A stretch of 64,000 nt of DNA from Candidatus Latescibacterota bacterium (GCA_965206595.1 OZ242214.1:5632001-5696000), one strand, 5' to 3'. Shown: positions 52,477 through 62,694, numbered from the stretch's first letter. The notes: generated by a model not told the origin, from the letters alone. Translations and numbers: made by a program.

Positions 52477-53130
52477 TTAGGCTACCGCATCGACAGACCC
52501 CGCCCGGGGTGCCAATCCGTTCCAGCCGTCCGCCATGGCGCTCGGCTGCTTGAAGAGTTGCAAAAGCGGCGTCCACATGGCCTCGCGCGCGGGGCTGCCC
52601 GCTTCCATATCGCCGGCCATTAGGGCCTGCTTGAGTTCTTGGCCCCGGTCCTCTTGGATTTGCACGCTCTCCTGTGCTTGGGCCGCCAGGGCACGCACTG
52701 CATCGATGTGGCCATCGATCAATTCGGCCACCGGCGTGGTCGAATCCGTCCAGGTATCGTAATCGCTCGACGGCCTAAAGCGGGGGCCCTGGCGTTCGCC
52801 CTTTTCGTCGTAGAACGTATGCGTCGGCTGGATGTGCGGCGTCACTGAGAGGTACATATAAACTGGCTCGTCGCCGATGACTCGCACCGAGTGCGGCTCG
52901 TCGGTCAGGGCGTAGCACATTTGCCCCGGTCCAACTTCTTTCACCTCGCCGTTGATTTTAAACTCCACCCGACCCGACAAAATGATGAAGATCTCGTCGC
53001 CCAAGTCGTGCGTGTGCCAAGCATCGAGCGAGCCTGTGCCTGGCTCCGGACGGCAGAAGCGGGCGCGGATCTGCGGGCGCACCAAAATGTTGCGGATATC
53101 CCGGCGACAATCGTAAACCTCGAATCCCAT
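52477..53130 (-). CDS. Cupin domain protein with helical C-terminal extension
   Basis: WHTHDLGDEIFIILSG...VGPGQ...EPHSV. Confidence 0.8.
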   Translation of the reverse strand: MGFEVYDCRRDIRNILVRPQIRARFCRPEPGTGSLDAWHTHDLGDEIFIILSGRVEFKINGEVKEVGPGQMCYALTDEPHSVRVIGDEPVYMYLSVTPHIQPTHTFYDEKGERQGPRFRPSSDYDTWTDSTTPVAELIDGHIDAVRALAAQAQESVQIQEDRGQELKQALMAGDMEAGSPAREAMWTPLLQLFKQPSAMADGWNGLAPRAGSVDAVA

Positions 53131-53209
53131 GGCGTTCTTCTCCTTGAAGGGCAGATGTATAGGCATAATAAGGCACCGATATCGGTCCAGCAGGGTCCCT
53201 GAATGAATC

Positions 53210-53570
53210 GCTGGTCGTCGCACCGAATCGCACGGGACGGCTCTCAGTACCGTTGTAAAGGATGTGGGCGCGCTTCAGGGGTCAACCGGGTACTTGGGGG
53301 CGCCCACTGGCGTACCGGGCACCCGGGGCAGCACCTCGTCGACCAGACGCGCCGCCGTATCGGCCCCATACGCCGGCCGCTGCACGAGGGGCAGAACCCC
53401 CGCTTCTTGCGGTGCTGGCACACCAAACAAGGGCGCGTTAATGCCGGGACAAGCGGTGTTTTTCGACGGTTGGCTCTACCATTGTGGGGCGGCCATTCAA
53501 TCGGATGCGAGACGTCGAGTCTGCCTGATGTGTTATCAGGACGCGTGGATGAAGTCGAGAGGATCGGAAG
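53210..53570 (+). pseudogene. PhyH family dioxygenase remnant
   Basis: Frame-broken pieces RDGSQY, G(S/Q)HL and PGQAVFFDGWLYHCGAAIQSDARRRVCLMCYQDAWMKSR. Confidence 0.6.
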
Positions 53571-54563
53571 ATGGAGTATAGGATTCTTGGCAGCACCGGA
53601 ATCAAGGTTTCTGCAGTGGGCCTCGGGTGTTCCCAGATACGCGGGACCCTCCCGCCTGGCGAGAAGGGGTGGACAGGGCTGACCGACGAAGAGGCCATCG
53701 CGAACATCCGCCACGCGCGGACGGTTGGCGTCAACCTTATCGACACCGCGGAGGTCTACGCCTACGGTCACAGTGAGGAGGTTATCGGCCGAGCGATAGA
53801 GGGGCACCGGCACGAGTATGTGGTGGCCACGAAAGTCACGCCCCTGCCCGGCGCTGAGCAGGACCCTTTCTACTCGACCGATCTGAGTGATGCTTCGGTA
53901 TGCCGACGCATTCTCGAGGGGTGCGAGGGCAGCCTTCGGAGGCTCCGCACCGACCATATAGATGTCTACCAGCTCCACGCCGATCCTCCAGCTGAGACCC
54001 TTGCAACCGTGATGGACGCGCTGGCGCGGCTGAAGAAAGAGGGTAAGGTCCGCGCCATCGGAACCTCTACCGGCAACGTGGAGGTCATCCGCAGACTCAT
54101 CGAGGCCGGCGAGCTGGGAATGGTGCAAACCCAATACTCTCTGCTGAACCGGGATAATGAGGACGTGCTGAACCTGGCGATAGCCGAAAACCTTGGTGTT
54201 TTGCTCCGGAACCCCATCGGCTCCGGAGCTCTATCCGGCAAGTATTTCAATACCACACCCAGGCTCGATCCCGCTGACAAGCGCAACGACTGGTTCACCT
54301 CAGAGAGCGCGGTCGACGCGTTCAGGAAGCTATCGGAGTTGCTGTTCTTGACCGAGGATTCCGGGCGGACGATGGTACAGGCCTCTTTGCGCTTCGACCT
54401 TGACACACCTGGAGTCACATCGCCCATACCTGGCGCGAAAAACCGGCGGCAAGTAGAAGAAAATGCCGGCGCCTCGGATGTAGCTCCGCTTACCTCAGAG
54501 GAACGCCGCCGCGCCATGGCAATCGCGGATGAAGCGATGCGGATATGGAAGCGCGAAAGCTAA
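53571..54563 (+). CDS. Aldo/keto reductase
   Basis: MEYRILGSTGIKVSAVGLG, IDTAEVY, ATK, SLRRLRTDHIDVYQLH, IPGA. Confidence 0.93.
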   Translation: MEYRILGSTGIKVSAVGLGCSQIRGTLPPGEKGWTGLTDEEAIANIRHARTVGVNLIDTAEVYAYGHSEEVIGRAIEGHRHEYVVATKVTPLPGAEQDPFYSTDLSDASVCRRILEGCEGSLRRLRTDHIDVYQLHADPPAETLATVMDALARLKKEGKVRAIGTSTGNVEVIRRLIEAGELGMVQTQYSLLNRDNEDVLNLAIAENLGVLLRNPIGSGALSGKYFNTTPRLDPADKRNDWFTSESAVDAFRKLSELLFLTEDSGRTMVQASLRFDLDTPGVTSPIPGAKNRRQVEENAGASDVAPLTSEERRRAMAIADEAMRIWKRES

Positions 54564-54619
54564 GGGCTGCCAGCATTTCACGGGCGCGCAGCGCTTCGGA
54601 GATATGGAGGTGACAGCCG

Positions 54620-55789
54620 ATGAGAATCGCCGACGTTGAGTGCTTCCCCGTCAGGCGGGGCCTCTGCCTGGTCAAGATCGGGACGGACGACGGTCAATAC
54701 GGATGGGGAGAAGCGGGTCCGTCGGCTTGGGGGAGGGAGTTGGCCGCCGAGGCGATGGTAACTCACTTCCGCGAGTTGCTGATTGGCCGGGACCCGATGG
54801 ACATCGGGGCATTGTGGCAGGAAATGTTCAGCAAGGGCTCCGGCCTGGATGGGGGCAGAGTCGAGATGGCGGCCGTATCAGCTGTCGACGTGGCGCTGCA
54901 CGATCTCGTGGCAAAGAGCCTTGGGGTGCCGGTATACCACCTCCTGGGTGGCAGGCACCGAGATTTTGTCCCCTGTTTCACGCCGACAGTCAATCCCGAT
55001 GCGCCGGATGCCGTTGAGATCATCAGGAGCATGCTCGATGAAGGATGGGAGGTCTTGCGGCTGTCCATGGGCGGCTGCGAGGCAACCGACCTGTTCGAGC
55101 CGAGACACTCCATCGCCGTCACGGCGAGAGGATTGATCGAGCTGCGGGAGGCGGTCGGACCGGATCCCGTGCTTGGTATCGACTACCATACCATGTTCAC
55201 GGTCGCCGAGGCGGCCTCGTTCTGCCAGAGGCTTCCACCCGGAACGCTCGACTTCATCGAGGACCCGATTCACGAGCGAACACCGGCCGGATATCGAGCA
55301 TTGAGGCGAATGACGGAGGTGCCTTTCGCCGTCGGAGAAGCCTTTACGAGCAAGTGGGACTGGCTCCCGTACATCGAGGAAGACCTTGTCAACCTGGCGC
55401 GAATCGACGTTGCCAACGTGGGAGGTTTCACCGAGGCCATGAAGGTGGCTGCGTTGTGCGAGGCACATTACATCGAGATGATGCCCCACCTCGCCATTTC
55501 ACCGATTCAGACTGCCACTATCATTCACTTCGCGGCGGCCGTGCCCAACTTCGCCTGGATGGAGGACCGCCACCGTGATTCGCGGGCCCTGGTCGAGGGC
55601 AAGCGCAGCTCGTACCGTCCACCAGACTCCAACATGTACCCCGTGCATCTCGAGCCGGACGGGGTCAGATGGCCCGTGCCGACGGGTCCAGGCCTGGGCG
55701 TGGAAGTGAACGAAGAGATGCTTGAGGCAACGTATGAGCCGTCACCCGAAACGCCGACGCGGCGCCGGGACGGTTCGTTGACGATATAG
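54620..55789 (+). CDS. Mandelate racemase/muconate lactonizing enzyme family (galactonate dehydratase-like)
   Basis: GWGEA, SAVDVALHDL, GIDYH, FIEDP, AVGE, GGFTEAMKVAA, PTGPGLGVE. Confidence 0.9.
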   Translation: MRIADVECFPVRRGLCLVKIGTDDGQYGWGEAGPSAWGRELAAEAMVTHFRELLIGRDPMDIGALWQEMFSKGSGLDGGRVEMAAVSAVDVALHDLVAKSLGVPVYHLLGGRHRDFVPCFTPTVNPDAPDAVEIIRSMLDEGWEVLRLSMGGCEATDLFEPRHSIAVTARGLIELREAVGPDPVLGIDYHTMFTVAEAASFCQRLPPGTLDFIEDPIHERTPAGYRALRRMTEVPFAVGEAFTSKWDWLPYIEEDLVNLARIDVANVGGFTEAMKVAALCEAHYIEMMPHLAISPIQTATIIHFAAAVPNFAWMEDRHRDSRALVEGKRSSYRPPDSNMYPVHLEPDGVRWPVPTGPGLGVEVNEEMLEATYEPSPETPTRRRDGSLTI

Positions 55790-55977
55790 GGAGGCCAGCC
55801 GCGGTGAAAAGTAGAACCCGATCTTGAGATCGTGCTTCCTGCAGCCTCCAACGAACGGCTCGACGCGTCGGTGATCCCACATACGCGGTGGATTCACTAC
55901 CAGGAGCACGACGCTGAGACGGTTGACGCGAGCGTCAGCGACAATTGCTCAGGTCGTTAGGTCCAGAGAGCGAATAG

Positions 55978-56778
55978 CTAAAAGAACAGTCGCTCCGCGG
56001 TGCCACGCAGGACTTGGTCACGATCCGACTCGGAGAGGCCGAGCTTGTCGCGGACGACGGAGATCGAGTCCTCCATCGTTTCCTTGACGACCTGGTACGG
56101 GGAGTCGCTCCCCCACATGCACCGCTCCGGCCCGAACGCGTCGATGACTCGCCCTATCATGGGAATGAGATCGTCGTGAGGTTGCCCATCACCCAGGGCG
56201 TGGAGCCGAGATATCTTGACGTTGGTGTTCGGCAGGGTCGCGATGTCGGTAAGCTGTGCTATGTGATCATCATTGATGGGTTCCATTTCCCCCACGCGTG
56301 TCATGTGATCGACCACTACGGTCGTGTCGGGGTGTTTGGCGGCCATTTCCTTGATGGCGGGAGCGCCGACCGGATGCGTGAGTGGACACATCGCCTGACC
56401 GGTCCTCGCGGCAGCCTCGAACAGCCTGTCCCACTGCCGCCCGTCGTAGTCTACACCGATGCGGAAGCCGCGCACTCCCTGAGCCTTCAGCGCTTCCATG
56501 TCGTCCTGGACATTCTCCTTGGTCTCGTCGACGATTCCTATAACACTGAACACGCCGGGGAAGCGCTTGATGGCGTCGGTTGCGTAGCTGTTGTCGAACT
56601 GGTGGTAGCCCGTCTGCACAATGACGACCTTCTCTATTCCCGACGGTCGCGCGTGCCGCAGGTACATCTCCGGCGAAAAGTCGGGTGGGTCGAGATCGGC
56701 GGCCGTCTGCTCTCCCGCAAGGGGGTAGCTGCTTGTGTCGGAAGTCCAGAGATGAATATGCGCGTCAATCCAGGCCAT
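55978..56778 (-). CDS. Amidohydrolase_2 family protein
   Basis: IDAHIHLW, VRGFRI, VVDH, VKIS, WGSDSP; AAAGGAG RBS. Confidence 0.9.
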   Translation of the reverse strand: MAWIDAHIHLWTSDTSSYPLAGEQTAADLDPPDFSPEMYLRHARPSGIEKVVIVQTGYHQFDNSYATDAIKRFPGVFSVIGIVDETKENVQDDMEALKAQGVRGFRIGVDYDGRQWDRLFEAAARTGQAMCPLTHPVGAPAIKEMAAKHPDTTVVVDHMTRVGEMEPINDDHIAQLTDIATLPNTNVKISRLHALGDGQPHDDLIPMIGRVIDAFGPERCMWGSDSPYQVVKETMEDSISVVRDKLGLSESDRDQVLRGTAERLFF

Positions 56779-56860
56779 TGTTTCTCCTTTGGAAGCTGTT
56801 ATGAAAGTCCCCTTTCGCATCTCTACCCTGTCGGATGGGAGATGGGAGCGTATTGGGTGT

Positions 56861-56985
56861 TTATGCTCGCTTGAATACCTGGGAAGCGGTGGCGATTACT
56901 CTCCACCACGTATACCCGGTCCTGGTCGTTCACCGTCACAGCAACGGGGCCCCAGAAGTACGGCTCGGTCTGCGACGAGACGTGA
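56861..56985 (-). pseudogene. C-terminal fragment of an NHL-repeat protein
   Basis: EPYFWGPVAVTVNDQDRVYVVESNRHRF, then (one base removed at GGG 56881-56883) QVFKRA-stop. Confidence 0.65.
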
Positions 56986-57352
56986 AGGAGATGGCTCGGG
57001 CCATCCCGACCACGGCGTTTTGAGCGCAAAGGAAGGCGCTCGCTATCGAGGATGCGCAGACGCCCCGACGCCAAGGCCGGTCGGGCAACGTAGCGGCACA
57101 GCTGCTCCAGCCCCAGCCGGTCAGGGACCGCGATCCGCGTTGCCGCATGCAGGGAAAACCCCCTCGAAGCAAACACAAAGGGGCCGTTCGAACCCCGGTC
57201 GCCGGATCTTTCAGAACGCGTCGCAGGCGCTTATCCGCGCGTGGCCCGGTGGGGATGCTCCCATGCACCGAGGCCGCGGTGAGGGCGGCCAGCACGGGCT
57301 CCTCCTCCGTGAGTAGATCGGCTTCGGCGAACAAGCCGCGTTTTATAGCCAA
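56986..57352 (-). pseudogene. IS91-family transposase internal remnant
   Basis: EEEPVLAALTAASV...GFSLHAATRI...LEQLCRYVARPALA...LKTPWS..SHLL across two frameshifts. Confidence 0.8.
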
Positions 57353-57410
57353 GAAATGGACAAACCGAGATGAGTTCTGACGGTGCCAGCGCGGCGATCG
57401 CGGCAGGATC

Positions 57411-57602
57411 TCAGCGCATCACAAAGGGGTTCGCCATGGGTTCCTCGAAGGTATTGATCCAGACTGTTTTGGTGCGGGTGTAATCGTAAATGACGTCTAT
57501 CCCGGCTTCACGGCCATAGCCGCTTTGGCCGAAGCCGCCGAAGGGGGTGATCGGAGATATCACCCGGTACGTGTTGATCCAGACGATGCCAGAGTGGATG
57601 CA
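57411..57602 (-). pseudogene. Aldehyde dehydrogenase C-terminal fragment
   Basis: SGIVWINTYR..PFGGFGQSGYGREAG...YTRTKTVWIN; the rest of the gene is absent. Confidence 0.8.
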
Positions 57603-57851
57603 CCCATCTGGATGCCCATGGCGTAAAATACCCAAAAGGCCCAACCCCTGGTCAGCGGCAGCGGAGTTTCGCAGACTCTTTTGAAGCCGCTGCAGCGGGT
57701 CAAGCAACTGCGGTCGAAAGCGACTCCCGAGTGGAGCCGCACTATTTGGATTGGCCTCCAGGACAGGAAGCGACCACACCGGGATGGAGGGGAAGCGCAC
57801 CGCCGCCGCCCCTGCCACCGGGAGTGGAGGCCGCCGAACGAGCGGAAAAAG

Positions 57852-58844
57852 ATGACCGATAAAATTCGCTGGGGATTCATCGCCACCGGCTGGATGGCTG
57901 AAAAGTTCGCCGAGGGGATGTCCGTGGTGCCGGACGCCGAGATCGCCGCGGTCGGCTCCCGCGCCCTCGACACCGCCGACGCCTTCGGCGACCGCTTCGG
58001 GATCCCGCGGCGCTACGGCTCGTACGCCGAGCTCGTCGCCGACCCCGACATCGACATCGTCTACGTCTCCAGTCCCAACCCCTTCCACCGCGAGCACACC
58101 CTGCTTGCCCTGGAGGCGGCCAAGCCGGTGCTGTGCGAGAAGCCGTTCGCCCTCAACGCCGGCGAGGCCGAGGAGATGATCGCCGCGGCGCGCTCCCGGC
58201 AGCTGTTCCTGATGGAGGCGATGTGGGCGCGCTTCATCCCGGGGATGATCAAGGTGCGGGAATGGCTGGCCGCCGGGGCCATCGGCGAGGTGCGCATGCT
58301 CGACGCCGAGTTCGGCTTCCGCTCCCGCTTCGATCCCACGCAACGGCTTTTCAACCCGCTCCTGGGGGGCGGCAGCCTGCTCGACATCGGCATCTACACC
58401 CTCGCCTTCGCCTCGATGGTCCTGGGGCCGCACCCCGACCGCGTCGAGGCGATGGCGGAGATGGGGAAGACCGGGGTCGACGACCAGGCTGCGGTGCTCC
58501 TCGGGTACGCCGGCGGGCAGATCGCCGTGCTCCGCAGCGCCGTGCGCACCACCTTCCAGGGGCGCGCCCGCATCCACGGCGCCGAGGGCATGATCATCCT
58601 GGACCCGCCCTTCCACAAGACCGAGCGCGTCACCCTCGAGTCCGGGGGGCGCACCGAGGGCTACGAATTCCCGCTGCGCCGCAACGGCTACGAGTTCGAG
58701 GCGGACGCGGTGGGCGAGTACCTGCGCGCCGGCAAGCTCGAAAGCGAGGCCATCCCCCTGGACGAAACCCTCGCCCTGGTCCGCCTCATGGACCGCATCC
58801 GCGATATCTGGGGACTGAAGTACCCAGCCGAAAGGGGCTCGTGA
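57852..58844 (+). CDS. Gfo/Idh/MocA family oxidoreductase
   Basis: IRWGFIATG, VLCEKPF, LMEAMW, GGSLLDIGIY. Confidence 0.92.
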   Translation: MTDKIRWGFIATGWMAEKFAEGMSVVPDAEIAAVGSRALDTADAFGDRFGIPRRYGSYAELVADPDIDIVYVSSPNPFHREHTLLALEAAKPVLCEKPFALNAGEAEEMIAAARSRQLFLMEAMWARFIPGMIKVREWLAAGAIGEVRMLDAEFGFRSRFDPTQRLFNPLLGGGSLLDIGIYTLAFASMVLGPHPDRVEAMAEMGKTGVDDQAAVLLGYAGGQIAVLRSAVRTTFQGRARIHGAEGMIILDPPFHKTERVTLESGGRTEGYEFPLRRNGYEFEADAVGEYLRAGKLESEAIPLDETLALVRLMDRIRDIWGLKYPAERGS

Positions 58845-58846
58845 CC

Positions 58847-59818
58847 ATGCGCTACGGCGACCTTCCGTTCGCCCCGGTGCGGCCCTCGCGCCTCGTGTTC
58901 GGCACGATCCCGCTGAACGAGAAGGAGCTCGAGGCCGGCTTCGAGCTCCTCGACGCCGCCTTCGAGGCGGGGTACAACGCCTTCGACACCGCGGCGCTCT
59001 ACGGCGGCGGCACCTGCGAGCGCGTGCTCGGCCGCTGGATGGAGGCGCGCGGCAACCGGGACCGGGTCTTCGTCATCGGCAAGGGGGCCCATCACAACGC
59101 CGACCGCCGCCGCGTCACCCCTCTCGACATCACCGCCGACTTGTTCGATTCCCTGGGGCGCCAGCGCCACGGCCACATCGACCTGCACCTGCTGCACCGG
59201 GACGACCCGGACTGCGACGTCGGCCCGATTGTCGAGATCCTCAACGAGCACCACGCCGCCGGCCGCATCCGCGCCTTCGGCGGCTCCAACTGGACGGCGC
59301 GGCGCATCGCCGAGGCCAACGAGTACGCCGAAAAGCACGGGCTGGTTCCGTTCGCAGCGAGCAGCCCCAACCTCAGCCTCGCGGTGCAGGCGCAGCCGCC
59401 CTGGGCCGACTGCCTGTCGCTGTCCGGGCCGGACGGGGCCGCGGACCGCGGCTGGTACCGGCGGGAGGGGATGCCGCTGTTCACCTGGTCGAGCCTGGCC
59501 GGGGGATTCTTCTCCGGGCGGCTGAAGCGGCAGAACCGGGAGAAGATGGGTGCCGAGCTCGGCCGCTGGTTCACCGACTGCTACTTCACCGAAGAGAACT
59601 TCGAGCGCCTCGACCGCGCCCGGGAGCTGGCCGCGGACAAGGGGGTGTCGGTGCCGCAGATCGCCCTGGCCTGGGTCCTGCACCAGAACCTCGACATCTA
59701 CGCCCTGGTGGCGCCGCGCAACGCGCGCGAGTGCCGGGAGAACGCCGCGGTGTTCGACATCGAGCTCACCGCCGCGGAGCTGGAGTGGCTCGACCTGCAG
59801 CGCGACCAGCGGGAGTGA
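58847..59818 (+). CDS. Aldo/keto reductase
   Basis: FDTAALYG, GKG, IDLHLLHRDD, FGGSNW, QIALAWVL. Confidence 0.9.
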   Translation: MRYGDLPFAPVRPSRLVFGTIPLNEKELEAGFELLDAAFEAGYNAFDTAALYGGGTCERVLGRWMEARGNRDRVFVIGKGAHHNADRRRVTPLDITADLFDSLGRQRHGHIDLHLLHRDDPDCDVGPIVEILNEHHAAGRIRAFGGSNWTARRIAEANEYAEKHGLVPFAASSPNLSLAVQAQPPWADCLSLSGPDGAADRGWYRREGMPLFTWSSLAGGFFSGRLKRQNREKMGAELGRWFTDCYFTEENFERLDRARELAADKGVSVPQIALAWVLHQNLDIYALVAPRNARECRENAAVFDIELTAAELEWLDLQRDQRE

Positions 59819-59831
59819 GGTGAGCCCGGCC

Positions 59832-61322
59832 ATGCCCGGAGAAAAGCCCAACATCATTTACATCCTCGCCGACGACATGGGGTACGGCGACATGGGGTGC
59901 AACAACCCCGAATCGAAAATCCCCACGCCCCACCTCGACCGCCTCGCCTCCCAGGGGATGCGCTTCACCGACGCCCACGCCTCCTCCAGCGTCTGCTCCC
60001 CCAGCCGCTACGCCCTGCTGACCGGGCGCTACTGCTGGCGCACGCCGCTGAAAAGCAGCGTCCTGTGGCCCTGGGATCCGCCCCTGATCGAGCCCGGCCG
60101 CCTGACCGCTGCAACGCTCCTTCGCCAGCAGGGCTACCGCACCGCCTGCATCGGCAAGTGGCACCTCGGCTGGGAATGGGCGACCCGGGACGGCAGATCG
60201 GCCTGCGGAGACGTTCCCATCGGCCAACACGACCGGGAACAGCGCCTGGCCCTGGAGCGCAACATCGACTACAACCAACCCATCGGCGGCGGTCCCCTGG
60301 CCTGCGGCTTCGACCATTACTTCGGCGTCGACGTGCCCAACTTCCCGCCCTACACCTGGTTCGAGCAGGACCGGCTGGCCGCGGCTCCGGCCGCGCAGAA
60401 GCCCGAGGAGATGTTCGGCCTGCCCGGTGCCATGAAGCCGGGCTGGAAGCTGGAAGAGATGGTCCCGGAGTTCGTCCGCCGCGCCCGCGACTACATCGCC
60501 GCGGCCGGCTCCGACCCCTTCTTCCTCTACCTGCCGCTGACCTCCCCGCACACGCCGATCGTCCCCAACGAGCCCTTCATCGGCCGCAGCGGGACCGGCC
60601 TGTACGGCGATTTCGTCTGCGAAGTCGACTGGGTGGTCGGGGAAGTCATGGCCGCCCTCGACGAGCAGGGGCTGGCCGACGACACGCTGCTCATCTTCAC
60701 CAGCGACAACGGCCCCGAGTGCATCCCGGCCGCGGCCGGCGGCTGCTACGAGCACGCGCGCCTTTTCGGCCACTACAGCATGGCCCACCTGCGCGGCGCC
60801 AAGCGCGACACCTGGGAAGGCGGGCACCGGGTGCCCTTCGTCGCCCGCTGGCCCGGGGTCACCCCGGCCGGCTCCGTCTGCGGCCAGCTCACCCTGCTCG
60901 GGGATTTCACCGCCACCTGCACCGAGCTGACCGGGGTCCGGCTGCCCCCCGGCGAGGCGGAGGACAGCATCAGCATGCTGCCGCTGCTGCAGGGCCGGAC
61001 CGACGCTCCGGTGCGCCGCTCCGCCGTGCACCACAGCTGTTCGGGGGGCTTCGCCCTGCGCGAAGACGACTGGGTCTTCATCGACGCCCCCTCCGGCGAC
61101 GACAACGGCGAGCCGGACTGGTTCAAGAAGGAGCGGGGGTACGAGGACCACGATTTCCCCGGGGAGCTGTTCAATCTCGGGGAGGACATCTCCGAGCGGC
61201 GGAACCTGTACGGCCGCCACCCCGAGATCGTGCGCCGGCTGTCGGCCCGCCTCGAGGCCATCAAGGCCGAGGGGGAGGCTGTGGCGGGTCCGCAAGCCGG
61301 GGCGCTGGAGGAATCGGAGTAG
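59832..61322 (+). CDS. Arylsulfatase (S1 formylglycine-dependent sulfatase)
   Basis: KPNIIYILADDMGYGD, CSPSRYALLTGR, GKWHLG, FTSDNG, WEGGHRVP. Confidence 0.95.
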   Translation: MPGEKPNIIYILADDMGYGDMGCNNPESKIPTPHLDRLASQGMRFTDAHASSSVCSPSRYALLTGRYCWRTPLKSSVLWPWDPPLIEPGRLTAATLLRQQGYRTACIGKWHLGWEWATRDGRSACGDVPIGQHDREQRLALERNIDYNQPIGGGPLACGFDHYFGVDVPNFPPYTWFEQDRLAAAPAAQKPEEMFGLPGAMKPGWKLEEMVPEFVRRARDYIAAAGSDPFFLYLPLTSPHTPIVPNEPFIGRSGTGLYGDFVCEVDWVVGEVMAALDEQGLADDTLLIFTSDNGPECIPAAAGGCYEHARLFGHYSMAHLRGAKRDTWEGGHRVPFVARWPGVTPAGSVCGQLTLLGDFTATCTELTGVRLPPGEAEDSISMLPLLQGRTDAPVRRSAVHHSCSGGFALREDDWVFIDAPSGDDNGEPDWFKKERGYEDHDFPGELFNLGEDISERRNLYGRHPEIVRRLSARLEAIKAEGEAVAGPQAGALEESE

Positions 61323-61480
61323 GTCAGGGAAAGCAGTGCGTCAGTTCGGCCGGTTCGGTGAGGCAACCGCTGGCGTTTGATCCGGGCTTGGCAGCCGGTG
61401 CCCGGGCTTCCGCTGGCAACTCGAACCTGGCAGGCACGGCATCGGCTGTCCGGGCTTCACCTCCGTTCTCCCCATCAGCA

Positions 61481-61523
61481 ATTCTTTGCAAAACAGGATT
61501 TCGAATCCTAATTTGTAAAGAAT
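61481..61523 (+). promoter_or_regulatory. 43-bp inverted repeat containing a likely leaderless sigma70 promoter
   Basis: ATTCTTTGCAAA-AC-AGGATT-TCG-AATCCT-AA-TTTGTAAAGAAT; TTGCAA(61486)-N17-TAATTT(61509); ATG at 61522 with no SD. Confidence 0.6.
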
Positions 61524-62694
61524 GCGCATCCAACGTCAGCTCGGCCCCCAGCTTGAAAAGCTGGCCCAGGTCTATCCCATCCTCTCGGTCTCCGGCCCCC
61601 GCCAGTCGGGCAAGACCACCCTCGTGCGGGGCGTCTTCCCTGACTACGCCTACGTCAATCTCGAACGGCTCGACGACCGTGCTGCCGCCGAGGAAGACCC
61701 GCGCCGCTTCCTGGAACGGCACGGCGACCGGGGGGTCGTCATCGACGAAGCGCAGAAGGTTCCGGCGCTTTTCTCCTATCTGCAGGCCCTGGTGGACGAG
61801 CGCGGAGCCATGGGCCAGTTCGTCCTGACAGGCTCGCAGAACTTCCTGCTGCTCGAGCAGGTCAGCCAGTCGCTTGCCGGCCGCGTCGCCCCGCTGACGC
61901 TGCTGCCCTTTTCCCGGCAGGAGCTCGCCGCCGCCACCTCCGCTTCGAGCCTGGAGGAGACGCTGTTCAAAGGGGGCTACCCCGTCCTCTACGACCGCGG
62001 CGTGGACCCACCCGACTACTACCCGGCCTACATCCAGACCTACGTCGAACGGGACGTGAGGAGCCTGCGCAACGTCGGGGACCTGAGCGGCTTCCAGCGA
62101 TTTCTGCGAGTCTGCGCCGGGCGCGTAGGGCAGCTGCTCGATCTGAGCGGCATGGGCAATGACCTGGGTATCAACTACAAGACGGTGAGCGCCTGGATCT
62201 CGGTACTGGAAGCCAGCTACATCGCCTTCCTGCTCTATCCGCATCACGAGAACTTCGCCAAGCGGCTCATCAAGTCCCCCAAGCTCTACTTCTACGACAC
62301 GGGCCTGCTCTGCTCGCTTCTGGGGCTGGAATCGGCCGGCCACCTCGACACCCACTACCTGCGGGGGGCGATCTTCGAGAACTGGGTCATCGCCGAGACA
62401 ATCAAACAGCACGTCCACGCTGGACGGCGCCCGGACCTCTACTTCTGGCGCGACAACATCGGCAACGAGGTGGACCTGTTATACGAGCGGAAAGGCCGGC
62501 GGCAGGTGGTCGAAATCAAGGCGGGCGCGACCGTAGGGACGGACCAGTTCAAGGGCTTGCGCTACTACAGGAAGCTGGCCGCCGCCCTGCCGGTGGAGCA
62601 GGAGTACTACCTGGTCTACGGAGGGGAAGGGCGCCAGGACCGGGCGCACGGCATCGTCTTGGGATGGCAGGAGTTCGGGGAACTATCTTTATAA
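61522..62694 (+). CDS. AAA_14 ATPase with DUF4143 (COG1373)
   Basis: GPRQSGKTT, IDEAQ, LTGS, SLAGR, GGYP, KSPKLYFYDTG, FWRD...EVD...VEIK. Confidence 0.93.
   Translation: MRIQRQLGPQLEKLAQVYPILSVSGPRQSGKTTLVRGVFPDYAYVNLERLDDRAAAEEDPRRFLERHGDRGVVIDEAQKVPALFSYLQALVDERGAMGQFVLTGSQNFLLLEQVSQSLAGRVAPLTLLPFSRQELAAATSASSLEETLFKGGYPVLYDRGVDPPDYYPAYIQTYVERDVRSLRNVGDLSGFQRFLRVCAGRVGQLLDLSGMGNDLGINYKTVSAWISVLEASYIAFLLYPHHENFAKRLIKSPKLYFYDTGLLCSLLGLESAGHLDTHYLRGAIFENWVIAETIKQHVHAGRRPDLYFWRDNIGNEVDLLYERKGRRQVVEIKAGATVGTDQFKGLRYYRKLAAALPVEQEYYLVYGGEGRQDRAHGIVLGWQEFGELSL

Noticed and set aside
57664-57680. GAGTTTCGCAGACTCT as an IS terminal repeat
   Set aside because: Looks like an IS end at the patchwork boundary, but there is no partner IR or transposase in the window.
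57411-58616. 401-aa minus-strand ORF as a full aldehyde dehydrogenase
   Set aside because: Only the last ~63 aa are ALDH-like; the rest is antisense to the Gfo/Idh/MocA gene.
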